Below are positions 9,262 to 17,982 of a stretch of DNA of 64,000 bases, one piece after another. Both the position numbers and the translations under genes were made by a program. Each line of letters opens with the position of its first letter. Position 1 is the first letter of the stretch. This stretch comes from an uncultured delta proteobacterium. Its GTDB lineage: Bacteria > Desulfobacterota > Syntrophia > Syntrophales > UBA5619. The notes below the pieces were generated by a model. That model had not been told where the DNA came from. It saw only the letters and a program-made list of their open reading frames with translations, and searched no databases. The stretch is from NCBI GenBank assembly GCA_963817385.1, contig CAWFOM010000005.1, positions 194,596 through 258,595 of the forward strand, in the 5' to 3' direction.

Positions 9262-10306
9262 AGACTGGCTCGAAGAGCGCTACGATCTGGAAGGGATGAA
9301 GAAGCTGGCGAAGAGCAAGCTCGTCCCGGAACACCGCTACGACCTCTGGTACTACACCGGCGGGATCACGCTCTTTCTGTTCATCGTCCAGTTTATCACG
9401 GGGATGCTGATGGCCCTGTACTATGTCCCCCATATCGATTTTGCCTACAAGAGCATCATCGAGATCGTCACCAAACTGAACATGGGCTGGTTCTTCCGCT
9501 CCCTCCATCACTGGGGGGCGCAGCTCGCCATCGTCTTTCTGTTCATCCACCTCTTCGGTACGCTGCTCTTGAAGTCCTACCGCAAGCCGCGGGAGTTCGT
9601 TTGGATTACGGGATTCATCCTCCTGGGCATCTCGATCTTCTTCGGGCTGAGCGGCTACCTGCTTCTCTGGGATGAGCGCGCCTTTGCCGCCGTCCGGGTG
9701 GCGACGGGCGGGGCCGGCGCCTTTCCGGTTATCGGGTGGTTCATCAAGGCCTTTCTCCGGGGGAGCATGGATGTGACCGGCGACACCCTCCTGCGCTTCT
9801 ACGCCTTCCATGTGGCCATACTGCCGATCATCACCCTGGGCCTGATCGGGCTGCACATTCTGCTGGTGCAGTATCACGGGATGAGCCTCCCCCTTTCCCT
9901 GCAGAAGGAGAAACGGCGGGAAATCCCCTTTTTCCCGAATGCCTTTTACCGGGATCTGGCGATCTGGCTGGTCGTCACGGGGGTTCTCGTGACCCTCACG
10001 GTGTACTTGCCGCCGGAGATCGGCGTGAAGGCCGATCCCCTCGCCCCCCCGCCGGAAAACGTCAAGCCCGAATGGTATTTTCTCTTCCTGATGCAGACCC
10101 TGAAGCTCTTCCCCGGCTCCATCCTGGGGATGAACGGGGAGACCATCGCCATCGTGATCGTCTCCGCTGCGATCTTCTTTTTCTTTCTCATCCCCTTTTT
10201 CGACCTAAAATCATCCCGGGGCGAGAAGAGCCCGCTCTTCACCTGGATCGGCGTGATCTATCTTCTCTACTTCCTCACGATGACGGCGGTGGGTTTTCTG
10301 AGTTAA
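9242..10306 (+). CDS. Cytochrome b (b6 plus subunit IV-like fusion) of a Rieske/cyt b complex; TTG start inferred
   Basis: 354 aa. The N-terminus KDWLEERYDL...YYTGGITL is cyt b6-like. Two His pairs are present, in HHWGAQLAIVFLFIHLF and FYAFHVAILPIITLGLIGLH. It overlaps the end of the Rieske gene. Confidence 0.88.
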   Translation: MNCPRLKDWLEERYDLEGMKKLAKSKLVPEHRYDLWYYTGGITLFLFIVQFITGMLMALYYVPHIDFAYKSIIEIVTKLNMGWFFRSLHHWGAQLAIVFLFIHLFGTLLLKSYRKPREFVWITGFILLGISIFFGLSGYLLLWDERAFAAVRVATGGAGAFPVIGWFIKAFLRGSMDVTGDTLLRFYAFHVAILPIITLGLIGLHILLVQYHGMSLPLSLQKEKRREIPFFPNAFYRDLAIWLVVTGVLVTLTVYLPPEIGVKADPLAPPPENVKPEWYFLFLMQTLKLFPGSILGMNGETIAIVIVSAAIFFFFLIPFFDLKSSRGEKSPLFTWIGVIYLLYFLTMTAVGFLS

Positions 10307-10315
10307 GGAGCTTCT

Positions 10316-10642
10316 ATGCGAGGGATCAGTATCGTCAGAGCGTTTCTCAGCCGGTTTTCTTTTACTCGGTCCGCGCGGCTGATGACGGCGGCGGTCCCGG
10401 CATTCCTGATGAACCCCGCCGTCTCCCCGGCAGCGGAAAAAGTGGCCGAAAAGGTGGCGGAAAAGATCGCCGTCTTTCCCACGGCACCCTACTACCAGTA
10501 CATCGCTTATGAATGCCTGGCCGTCTTCTGGATCGCGATCCTCGGCCTGCTCGTCATCATCCGTATGAAACTTCGGGAAATCGAACGTATCCAGGCACTG
10601 GGCGTGGAGCGGGATGACCAGGACGCCCCCTTGCTGCAGTAA
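10316..10642 (+). CDS. Hypothetical small membrane protein, last gene of the sdh-Rieske-cyt b operon
   Basis: 108 aa. An AAGGAG RBS lies 5 nt upstream and the gene starts 9 nt after cyt b. It has an EKVAEKVAEK low-complexity stretch followed by one TM helix (CLAVFWIAILGLLVIIRM). It has no CxxCH motif. Confidence 0.55.
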   Translation: MRGISIVRAFLSRFSFTRSARLMTAAVPAFLMNPAVSPAAEKVAEKVAEKIAVFPTAPYYQYIAYECLAVFWIAILGLLVIIRMKLREIERIQALGVERDDQDAPLLQ

Positions 10643-10763
10643 GCTCCGGGATCCTCATCACATCCCCCGAACCTCAGAGCAGCCCGTTGTCCGCTGCATC
10701 GCGTGGTCTATCCCTCTTTTTTCACAATGCAGGTGGGAGGTGTTCGGAGTTACGGTGGGCCGC

Positions 10764-11336
10764 TCAATACCATCCCATCAATCGGGAACGCAGATATTTC
10801 CGGGCGTCCTTATTGCCCATTTGAGCGGACACCTTGATGTTATCGGTGCCTTTGTAACCCTCTCCGGGCATGCCCCTCTGGATAAGGCCGAGAAAGAAAC
10901 GGGCTTCCACATGCTTTGGGTCCATAGCGACAACGTCGCTAAAATCCATCACGGCCAGATGGTATTCTTCCTCTCTTGCGAAGGCGATACCGCGATTGAA
11001 GCGAAACATCGCCTCATCGGGGTCGATGCCGATCGCCCGATTGTAATCCTGGATCGCCAAGCGGTAGTTTCCCAATTCGCTATAGGCGACACCCCTGTTG
11101 TTATACGCATGCGCGGAGTTGGGGGTCAGCTCGATAACCCGGCTGAAGGCCTCGACAGCCTTACGATAGTTGCCTATTTCTCCCATAAAACGTCCGCGGT
11201 CGAACCATTCCTGGGCGCTCAGCGCCGCATCCCGGCCTGCCGCCGAAGCAGGACAGATCGGTAAGCACAGATACGCAAAGACTAAGGTAAAAAACGAAAT
11301 CCGGATGAGTCTGATACGTAGCGCCAGTGTCTTCAT
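10764..11336 (-). CDS. Secreted/lipoprotein-like tetratricopeptide (TPR) repeat protein
   Basis: It has the signal-like N-terminus MKTLALRIRLIRISFFTLVFAYLCL and several TPR units (GNYRKAVEAFSRVIELTPNSAHAYNNRGVAY...). The start is taken at the internal ATG at 11336. Confidence 0.8.
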   Translation of the reverse strand: MKTLALRIRLIRISFFTLVFAYLCLPICPASAAGRDAALSAQEWFDRGRFMGEIGNYRKAVEAFSRVIELTPNSAHAYNNRGVAYSELGNYRLAIQDYNRAIGIDPDEAMFRFNRGIAFAREEEYHLAVMDFSDVVAMDPKHVEARFFLGLIQRGMPGEGYKGTDNIKVSAQMGNKDARKYLRSRLMGWY

Positions 11337-11560
11337 GAATGCCCGCCATGGGAATCCCGGCAGCACGGCATTATGTCCGTCCGGTCGATCGGCCCGGAGA
11401 TCCGCCGTACCCTGAGAATACTCATTTATTATCGGCAGAATTTCCGAAATACTTTATCCACCCCCGGTGGTTGTACCGTTAATCAAGGACATTAATAACT
11501 CTTGACAAACCTGTGGATTCCGATGCAGTCTGAAATACATAGTTAGGATGAGAATCATTC

Positions 11561-11851
11561 ATGACTGCTTCTGCTTCGCTTCATAAAAGGAAAACGCTGC
11601 TTCTCGTTGTCCTTTTTCTCGGTTTTTCCGCTTTCACGGCGGATATCCTGGATCTGCGCGAAGAACTTCACATCCTCTCCTGCCCTTACAGCAGTCTGGA
11701 CAACAACGTCTCGACCGGTTTAACCAATAACCATCCCTTCGTGCCGGAGCAGATTCCCACCCTGTGCTCCGTTCACCTGAAGGGATCGGCTAAAATATCA
11801 TTTCTGCATCTATTGCCCTACGGTTACCGCGCGCCTCCCTCATGGTCTTAG
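11561..11851 (+). CDS. Hypothetical protein with a signal-peptide-like N-terminus (weak call)
   Basis: 96-aa ORF in an AT-richer region with a hydrophobic N-terminus (LLLVVLFLGFSAF). It has only a weak RBS and no recognisable motif. Confidence 0.25.
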   Translation: MTASASLHKRKTLLLVVLFLGFSAFTADILDLREELHILSCPYSSLDNNVSTGLTNNHPFVPEQIPTLCSVHLKGSAKISFLHLLPYGYRAPPSWS

Positions 11852-12078
11852 GACCACTCGTTGTTCGGATTCCTTAGCTTCGTTCCAAATCCTTATGACC
11901 CACCGGCGGAAGGATAGCTGACGTATCTTTCGCCCCAGGGAAGAGTTTCCGAACATTTTTTCCGAAACATAATTCCATGATCTGCAGAATGTCTACGACA
12001 TGCGTTTGACGTTATTGATGTTTCCATAACATCAGGGATATTTGAAGATTCTCATGATGAAGGGAGGTGAGATACCGA

Positions 12079-12174
12079 ATGGACTCACGATTGATCGGAC
12101 TAGTCTTGGTAGCGGCGATGGTGTGTTGGGCTGCCTATAAAGTTTGGCAGATGCGTAAGGATAAGAAGCAATAA
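12079..12174 (+). CDS. Small single-TM peptide (31 aa), absent from the ORF track
   Basis: MDSRLIGLVLVAAMVCWAAYKVWQMRKDKKQ. A GGAGG RBS lies 11 nt upstream. It is a paralog of the next sORF. Confidence 0.45.
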   Translation: MDSRLIGLVLVAAMVCWAAYKVWQMRKDKKQ

Positions 12175-12237
12175 GGCGATCCGGCCCAGGAATAACCGCT
12201 GGGAGGATTTCCCCTTAAAGGATGGAGGATAAATAAC

Positions 12238-12336
12238 ATGGAGAGCTCATGGTTCGGCGGAATCATCATGCTGGTTATGGTGGTGGGTCTCGGCGTGTGG
12301 ATATGGCGGATGATGCGGCAGAGTAAAGAACAATGA
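12238..12336 (+). CDS. Small single-TM peptide (32 aa), absent from the ORF track
   Basis: MESSWFGGIIMLVMVVGLGVWIWRMMRQSKEQ. A GGAGG RBS lies 9 nt upstream. It has the same architecture and W-x-W-R/Q-M...K-x-Q tail as the sORF at 12079. Confidence 0.45.
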   Translation: MESSWFGGIIMLVMVVGLGVWIWRMMRQSKEQ

Positions 12337-12461
12337 AGGCTCAAGGGGCGACGGGATATTCCCGTAAGGTTGTATCTCCGTCAGCTCTTCGGATGGTGGA
12401 GTTTCATTGGAGGTAAAGCCGCGGAGAAAACAGTACCGTTCTCGTCCGGGAGGAAACCATT

Positions 12462-12686
12462 ATGACTGCAAACAAGACCTATAGTCACCATTGTACCAAA
12501 TGCAACAAGGAAACGACGCATGTACCGGCGCGTTCCCTGTCCGTGCGGGTCGCAATCCGCACCTGGAAAATTTTCATCTTCTTTATCAGCGCGGGGATGG
12601 TGTATCCTCACCCCCTTCCGTCTGATGAGGATGCAGTTGAGATAACCTGTACGAAATGCCTCACGCACAGCACCATCAACGGATAA
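12462..12686 (+). CDS. Small zinc-ribbon-like protein with a central hydrophobic segment
   Basis: 74 aa with two CTKC (CxxC) motifs, one near each end, flanking WKIFIFFISAGMVY. A GGGAGG RBS lies 8 nt upstream. Confidence 0.5.
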   Translation: MTANKTYSHHCTKCNKETTHVPARSLSVRVAIRTWKIFIFFISAGMVYPHPLPSDEDAVEITCTKCLTHSTING

Positions 12687-13079
12687 CATGCCCTCAGCGA
12701 CAGGCTGTTTCCGGGAGGTTCCGATCATGACGGCGTTTTCACGAAAGAAGCGCCGTCATGATCTCCCCGGTCGCCAAAAAAAAGGGATGGCCGGATCAGA
12801 AGAACGGGCAGATAAAGAAGAATCGTCATGCAGCCTGCCTATCCCTTCCAAAGGGGTTGAAGAAACATCCTTCTGCTGTTATAATCACGGATAATCGTTG
12901 TCGGCCTACCGGTGGTTCAGCGGGCGAGTCATGTAATGGCAGCGGGACCTGAAAGAGATTTTATTATCCAGAGAAAGCACCGCCATTCCCGGAATGAAGG
13001 GATTCGGATTCCCGTGCTAAGACATCCGTAACCAAGTCTCGCGTACCGTGGATATTTTTGACGATGAGGTTTCAATTCT

Positions 13080-14870
13080 ATGATCAGTTCCCTTGACTTA
13101 GGGTTGATCGGCAACGGCCGTATCGGGGCTTTGATTAATGACAGCGCCGAGATCGTCTGGAGCTGCCTGCCCCGTTTTGACGGCGATCCGGTTTTCTGCT
13201 CCCTGCTGAAGGAGCATCATGATGGTGAAGACTTCGGTTATTGCACCGTTGAGCTCGTCGATCTGGCTGCATCCGAGCAGTACTACCTCACCAACTCGGC
13301 GATTCTCGTTACGCGGATGACCGACACCCAGGGCGCCGTCGTGGAGGTGACGGACTTTTGCCCCCGCTTTCATCAGTACGGGCGCATGTTCACTCCCATG
13401 ATGCTGGTCCGGCAGATCAGGCGGGTGGACGGCGCACCCCGTATCCGCCTGCGGATCAGACCGGCATACGACTATGGCCGCCACCGCTGCCCGGTGACCT
13501 GCGGCAGCCATCACATCCGCTATGTGGCGCCTGATTGGGTTCTGCGGCTGACCACCGATATGTCCCTGACAGCGGTTCTCGAGGAGACGCCGTTCTTTCT
13601 GGAAGACAAGGCCACGCTGATCTTAGGGTCCGATGAGACCATTCCAGATACCATTAGCGAGCTGTCCCGTCGTTTTCTCGATGAGACGCTGGCCTTTTGG
13701 CACGAGTGGGTGCGGGAGATCGCCATTCCCTTCGATTGGCAGGACGTGGTCATCCGTTCCGCCATCACCTTGAAGCTCAATACCTTCGAGGATACGGGCG
13801 CCATTGTCGCCGCCATGACCACTTCCATACCCGAGGCGCCGGATTCAGTGCGCAATTGGGACTACCGTTACTGCTGGATCCGGGATGCCTATTTTGTGGT
13901 CAACGCCTTGAATCGCCTCAGCACGACCCAGACCATGGAGAAGTATCTGAGTTTCCTCGTCAACGTCGTGGCCGGCGCTCCCAACGGACGTATCCAGCCC
14001 GTGTACGGCATCGACGGCAGGGCTCGTCTGGACGAACGCGAGGTCGATTCGATTCCCGGGTACCGGGGCATGGGACCGGTGCGGATCGGCAACCAAGCCT
14101 ATGAGCAGATTCAGCATGACGTGTACGGATCGGCGATCCTGGCCGTCGCCCACGTCTTTTTCGACCGCCGTCTGGTACGCCGGGGGGACGAGGCGCTTTT
14201 TCGAAGACTGGAATCCTTGGGGGAAACGGCCGTCGCCGTCCACGATCAGCCGGACGCCGGGCTGTGGGAGCTCAGAGGGAGACTGCGCGTCCACACCTTC
14301 TCCGCCGTGATGTGCTGGGCAGCCTGTGATCGTCTGGCAAAGATCGCAGCGAAGCTGGGCCTTAGGGAACGTTCCGTCTACTGGCGCGACCGGGCGGATC
14401 GTATCCACACCGTCATCTGCAAGCGGGCCTGGAACGAGAAGAAACGGGCCTTTGTTGCCGTCTTTGAGGGAGATGCGCTTGATGCGAGCGTGCTGTTGTT
14501 GCACGATATCGGATTCCTTGAGGCCGGCGATCCCCGATTTTCCATGACGGTGGCGGCGATCGAACGGGAGCTCAAACGTGGCGATTACGTCTACCGCTAT
14601 ATCGAGGCCGACGACTTCGGCGTGCCGGAGAATGCCTTCGTGGTCTGCACCTTCTGGTACATGTACGCCCTGGCGGCGCTCGGGCGCATGGATGAAGCCC
14701 GGAATCTATTCGAAAATCTGATTGCCAGATGCAACCGCCACGGACTTCTTGCCGAACATATCAATCCCCGAACGGGTGAACAGTGGGGCAACTTCGTTCA
14801 GACCTACAGCATGGTGGGACTGATCAACTCGGCCATCCGGCTCAGCAGGCGCTGGGACAGGGCGTTCTGA
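13080..14870 (+). CDS. Glycoside hydrolase family 15 protein (glucoamylase/trehalase-like)
   Basis: 596 aa with the N-terminus LGLIGNGRIGALINDSAEIVWSCLPRFDGDPVFCSLL and a WDYRYCWIRDA motif typical of GH15. It sits upstream of otsA-otsB. Confidence 0.9.
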   Translation: MISSLDLGLIGNGRIGALINDSAEIVWSCLPRFDGDPVFCSLLKEHHDGEDFGYCTVELVDLAASEQYYLTNSAILVTRMTDTQGAVVEVTDFCPRFHQYGRMFTPMMLVRQIRRVDGAPRIRLRIRPAYDYGRHRCPVTCGSHHIRYVAPDWVLRLTTDMSLTAVLEETPFFLEDKATLILGSDETIPDTISELSRRFLDETLAFWHEWVREIAIPFDWQDVVIRSAITLKLNTFEDTGAIVAAMTTSIPEAPDSVRNWDYRYCWIRDAYFVVNALNRLSTTQTMEKYLSFLVNVVAGAPNGRIQPVYGIDGRARLDEREVDSIPGYRGMGPVRIGNQAYEQIQHDVYGSAILAVAHVFFDRRLVRRGDEALFRRLESLGETAVAVHDQPDAGLWELRGRLRVHTFSAVMCWAACDRLAKIAAKLGLRERSVYWRDRADRIHTVICKRAWNEKKRAFVAVFEGDALDASVLLLHDIGFLEAGDPRFSMTVAAIERELKRGDYVYRYIEADDFGVPENAFVVCTFWYMYALAALGRMDEARNLFENLIARCNRHGLLAEHINPRTGEQWGNFVQTYSMVGLINSAIRLSRRWDRAF

Positions 14871-14891
14871 CGGATAGGATGTGAGGATGTC

Positions 14892-17151
14892 ATGAAGCTT
14901 CGGGCGAAAAGAAAAGCACTGTTTCGTTCCCTGCGTCTCTCGCTGCGGTTCATCGTTCCTCTCGCCATCGCACTGGCGATACTGGCCTATTCCGTCGTGC
15001 CTCTTGTCGATAGGCTCAATCTCCGCTGGTCCGTCCGTGACATGGACATCCGTGCAAAGCTCATCGCCAGCACTCTTCAGGAACCTCTCACCGATCTTCT
15101 GCAACAAGGCAACAAATCCAAAATCAACGCCTTGTTCGCGCGTGCGCTTCGGGATGAACGGCTCTTTGCCCTCGGTTACTGCGACGAGGGGGGGAACATG
15201 CTCCATCGCACGCCGACATTTCCGAAGGATCTCAGTTGTACCTCGCCCGGTCCATCGGCGGATAAGCCGGGCCTTCTGCTGAAATTGCCCCAAGGGCTGG
15301 TCCATGTTGCGGTAAGTCCCTTGGCCTATGAAGGCATGCCCGCCGGGACCCTGATACTGGTCCATGACATGAGTTACGTCGAGAGGCGAAGCACCGATAC
15401 GCGGAAATATATCATCCTGCTGTTTGTCGTTCTCGGTGTGGTTACCTCACTGATCACGGTCTTCGTGGCCCACCTGAGCTGGCGCGGCTGGATGGAGGGC
15501 GTCAGGGCGATGTTGCGTGGCGAAGGGATACTGCGACCCTTCTCACGGCCCACAAACTCCGAATTGGAACCGCTCGTGGGCGATCTGCGCAGCCTGCTGC
15601 GGACGATTGACGAAGAACGGCGTTTTGCCGACGATGCCACCATCTCCTGGACGCCCGATACCCTGCGGGGCCTTCTCCACAAGCAGCTGTCCGGCGACCA
15701 GGTGCTGGTCGTCTCCAATCGGGAGCCCTACATCCACATGAAGAGTGAAACGGGCATTGAAGTGAAACGGCCGGCAAGCGGACTGGTCACAGCGGTCGAA
15801 CCGGTCATGCGCGCCTGTTCGGGGACATGGATTGCCCATGGCGGGGGCACCGCCGATCGGGAGGTCGTGGACCGGCACGACCGGGTGTCGATCCCTCCCG
15901 GGCATGCCGATTATACGCTGCGGCGCATCTGGCTCACCAAGGAGGAAGAGGACGGCTATTACTACGGGTTTTCCAATGAAGGTCTCTGGCCTCTGTGCCA
16001 CATCGCCCATGTTCGCCCCATTTTCCGCACCAGCGATTGGGAACAGTATGTGGCGGTGAACCAGCGCTTTGCCGATGCCGTGGTCGAGGAAGCCGACAGA
16101 GACGACCCGGTGGTCCTCGTGCAGGACTATCATTTTGCCCTCCTGCCGGCCATGATCCGCAGGCTCCTGCCCCGGGCGACACTGATCACCTTCTGGCACA
16201 TTCCCTGGCCCAACCCCGAATCCTTCGGCATCTGCCCCTGGCGTGAGGAATTGCTCCAGGGCATGCTCGGCAGCACCATCCTCGGCTTCCATACGCGTTT
16301 TCACTGCAAAAACTTTCTGGAAACCGTCGACCGCTATCTTGAAACCCGCATCGAGCACGAATCGTCGACCATCTCCCACGGCAGCATGCTGACCCTGGTG
16401 GAGAGCTATCCCATCTCGATCCAATGGCCGCCCCCCTGGCAGGAGACGCAGCCATCGGTGGAAGAGTGTCGCGCCTGGGTACAGCAGGCCCTGCACCTGG
16501 ATAAGGATCGCCTGATCGGATTGGGTGTGGACCGTCTGGATTACACGAAGGGCATCCTCGAACGCCTGCGGGCCGTTGAACTCCTGCTGGAACTGCATCC
16601 CGAGATGATCGGCCGCTTCACGTTCATCCAGACTCGCCGCCCCCTCCCGTTCCATCCTTGAAGACTACCAGGCCCTGGACACCCGGGTACGCTCCCTGGC
16701 CGCACGGATCAATGAACGGTTTTCCCGCGGTTCGTATCAGCCGGTCTGTCTCAGGATCGAACACCACGAACCCGAAGTGATCAACCGCTACTACCGCGCC
16801 GCCGATGTCTGCATGGTGACGAGCCTCCATGACGGCATGAATCTCGTGGCCAAGGAATACGTGGGCTCCCGCGACGATGAACGGGGCGTTCTGGTGCTGA
16901 GCCAGTTTACCGGCGCGGCTCATGAACTGCACGAGGCCCTGATCGTCAACCCCTATCACATAGAACAGACGGCGGATGCATTGTTCCAGGCCCTGACGAT
17001 GCCCGATTTCGAACAACGGGAAAGGATGTGCAGCATGCGCGCCCTGGTGAGGGACTTCAATGTTTATCGCTGGGCCGGGAGGATGCTGATCGATGCGGCG
17101 CGCATCCGGCAGCGGGAAAAGCTTGCCGTCCGGATCGGTCGCCCGTTATGA
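14892..17151 (+). pseudogene. otsA: Trehalose-6-phosphate synthase (GT20) with an N-terminal 2-TM extension, interrupted by a single-base frameshift at about 16632-16633
   Basis: ORF 14892-16661 carries the GT20 core (VLVVSNREPY..., GFSNEGLWPLCH, LVQDYHFALLP). The C-terminal part continues in frame +1 (IAAPSRSILEDYQ...[25 protein letters not shown]) through ORF 16777-17151. Deleting one base restores the conserved FIQIAAPSR. Confidence 0.9.
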
Positions 17152-17933
17152 CACGACGGGCGGCCATGACCTATCTGTTCAGTGACGCCGGACTCGCGGC
17201 CTTGCACGCCTTCATCGATCCTGCAACCCTGTTCGCATTTGATCTCGACGGGACCCTCGTCCCCATTGTCGCCGGCCCCGGAGACATCCGGGTGCCGCAG
17301 GCTGTTCGTATGGCACTCGCCGAACTTAAGGATCGGGCGGCGATGGCGATCATCACCGGCCGTTCCCGAATGGACGCCCTGCATCATCTCGGCGTCGAAC
17401 CCCGGTACCTTGTCGGAAATCATGGGTCGGAAGGGCTCCCCGGGTGGGAACGGTACGAGGAGGATTTCAGGCGGCTGGCGGGCGAATGGGAACGGCAACT
17501 GCACGGGATGATTCCCGATGGAGAAACTTCAGGTATTGTGGTCGAAAACAAGGGCATGTCGGTTTCGATCCACTATCGCGGTGCCGGAAACAGGCCGGCG
17601 GCCCGATCTCTTGTGCTTAGCGCCATTGGCCGGCTCGTCCCCCAACCCCGGGTGGTCGGCGGGAAGTATGTCGAGAACCTGCTGCCCGAGGAAGCGCCCG
17701 ACAAGGGGGTGGCGCTCCTGCAACTGATGAGCCGGGCGGGATGTGCGAAGGGGTTTTTTGTGGGTGATGACCAGACCGATGAGGACGTCTTTCATCTGGA
17801 CCGGAAGGAGCTCTTCACCGTGCGCGTGGGGATCGGGACAAGAAGCAGGGCTTGCTTTTTCCTGCGGGACCAGGGAGAGATCCTGTTGCTCCTCCGCCAC
17901 GTTAATGATGCACTTGCACAAATGAATCCGTAA
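17148..17933 (+). CDS. otsB: Trehalose-6-phosphate phosphatase (HAD family)
   Basis: The HAD motif I FAFDLDGTLVPIV is present. Its ATG overlaps the otsA stop (ATGA). Confidence 0.85.
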   Translation: MTRRAAMTYLFSDAGLAALHAFIDPATLFAFDLDGTLVPIVAGPGDIRVPQAVRMALAELKDRAAMAIITGRSRMDALHHLGVEPRYLVGNHGSEGLPGWERYEEDFRRLAGEWERQLHGMIPDGETSGIVVENKGMSVSIHYRGAGNRPAARSLVLSAIGRLVPQPRVVGGKYVENLLPEEAPDKGVALLQLMSRAGCAKGFFVGDDQTDEDVFHLDRKELFTVRVGIGTRSRACFFLRDQGEILLLLRHVNDALAQMNP

Positions 17934-17982
17934 ACGCCGCGGAAAATGCGCTCGCGGAAGGATTCACCGGGAGGGAAAGAAC

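Noticed and set aside
10427-10462. The tandem GAAAAAGTGGCC-type repeat encoding EKVAEKVAEK as a possible DNA repeat element
   Set aside because: It has only about three short, in-frame coding repeats inside a plausible gene with an RBS. It is better explained as a low-complexity linker than as a regulatory or mobile repeat.
12135-12728. Minus-strand ORFs 12135-12344 (69 aa) and 12381-12728 (115 aa)
   Set aside because: They overlap the plus-strand small ORFs, which have proper Shine-Dalgarno sequences and membrane-peptide or zinc-ribbon features. The minus-strand ORFs lack RBSs and have no motif. The choice is not certain.
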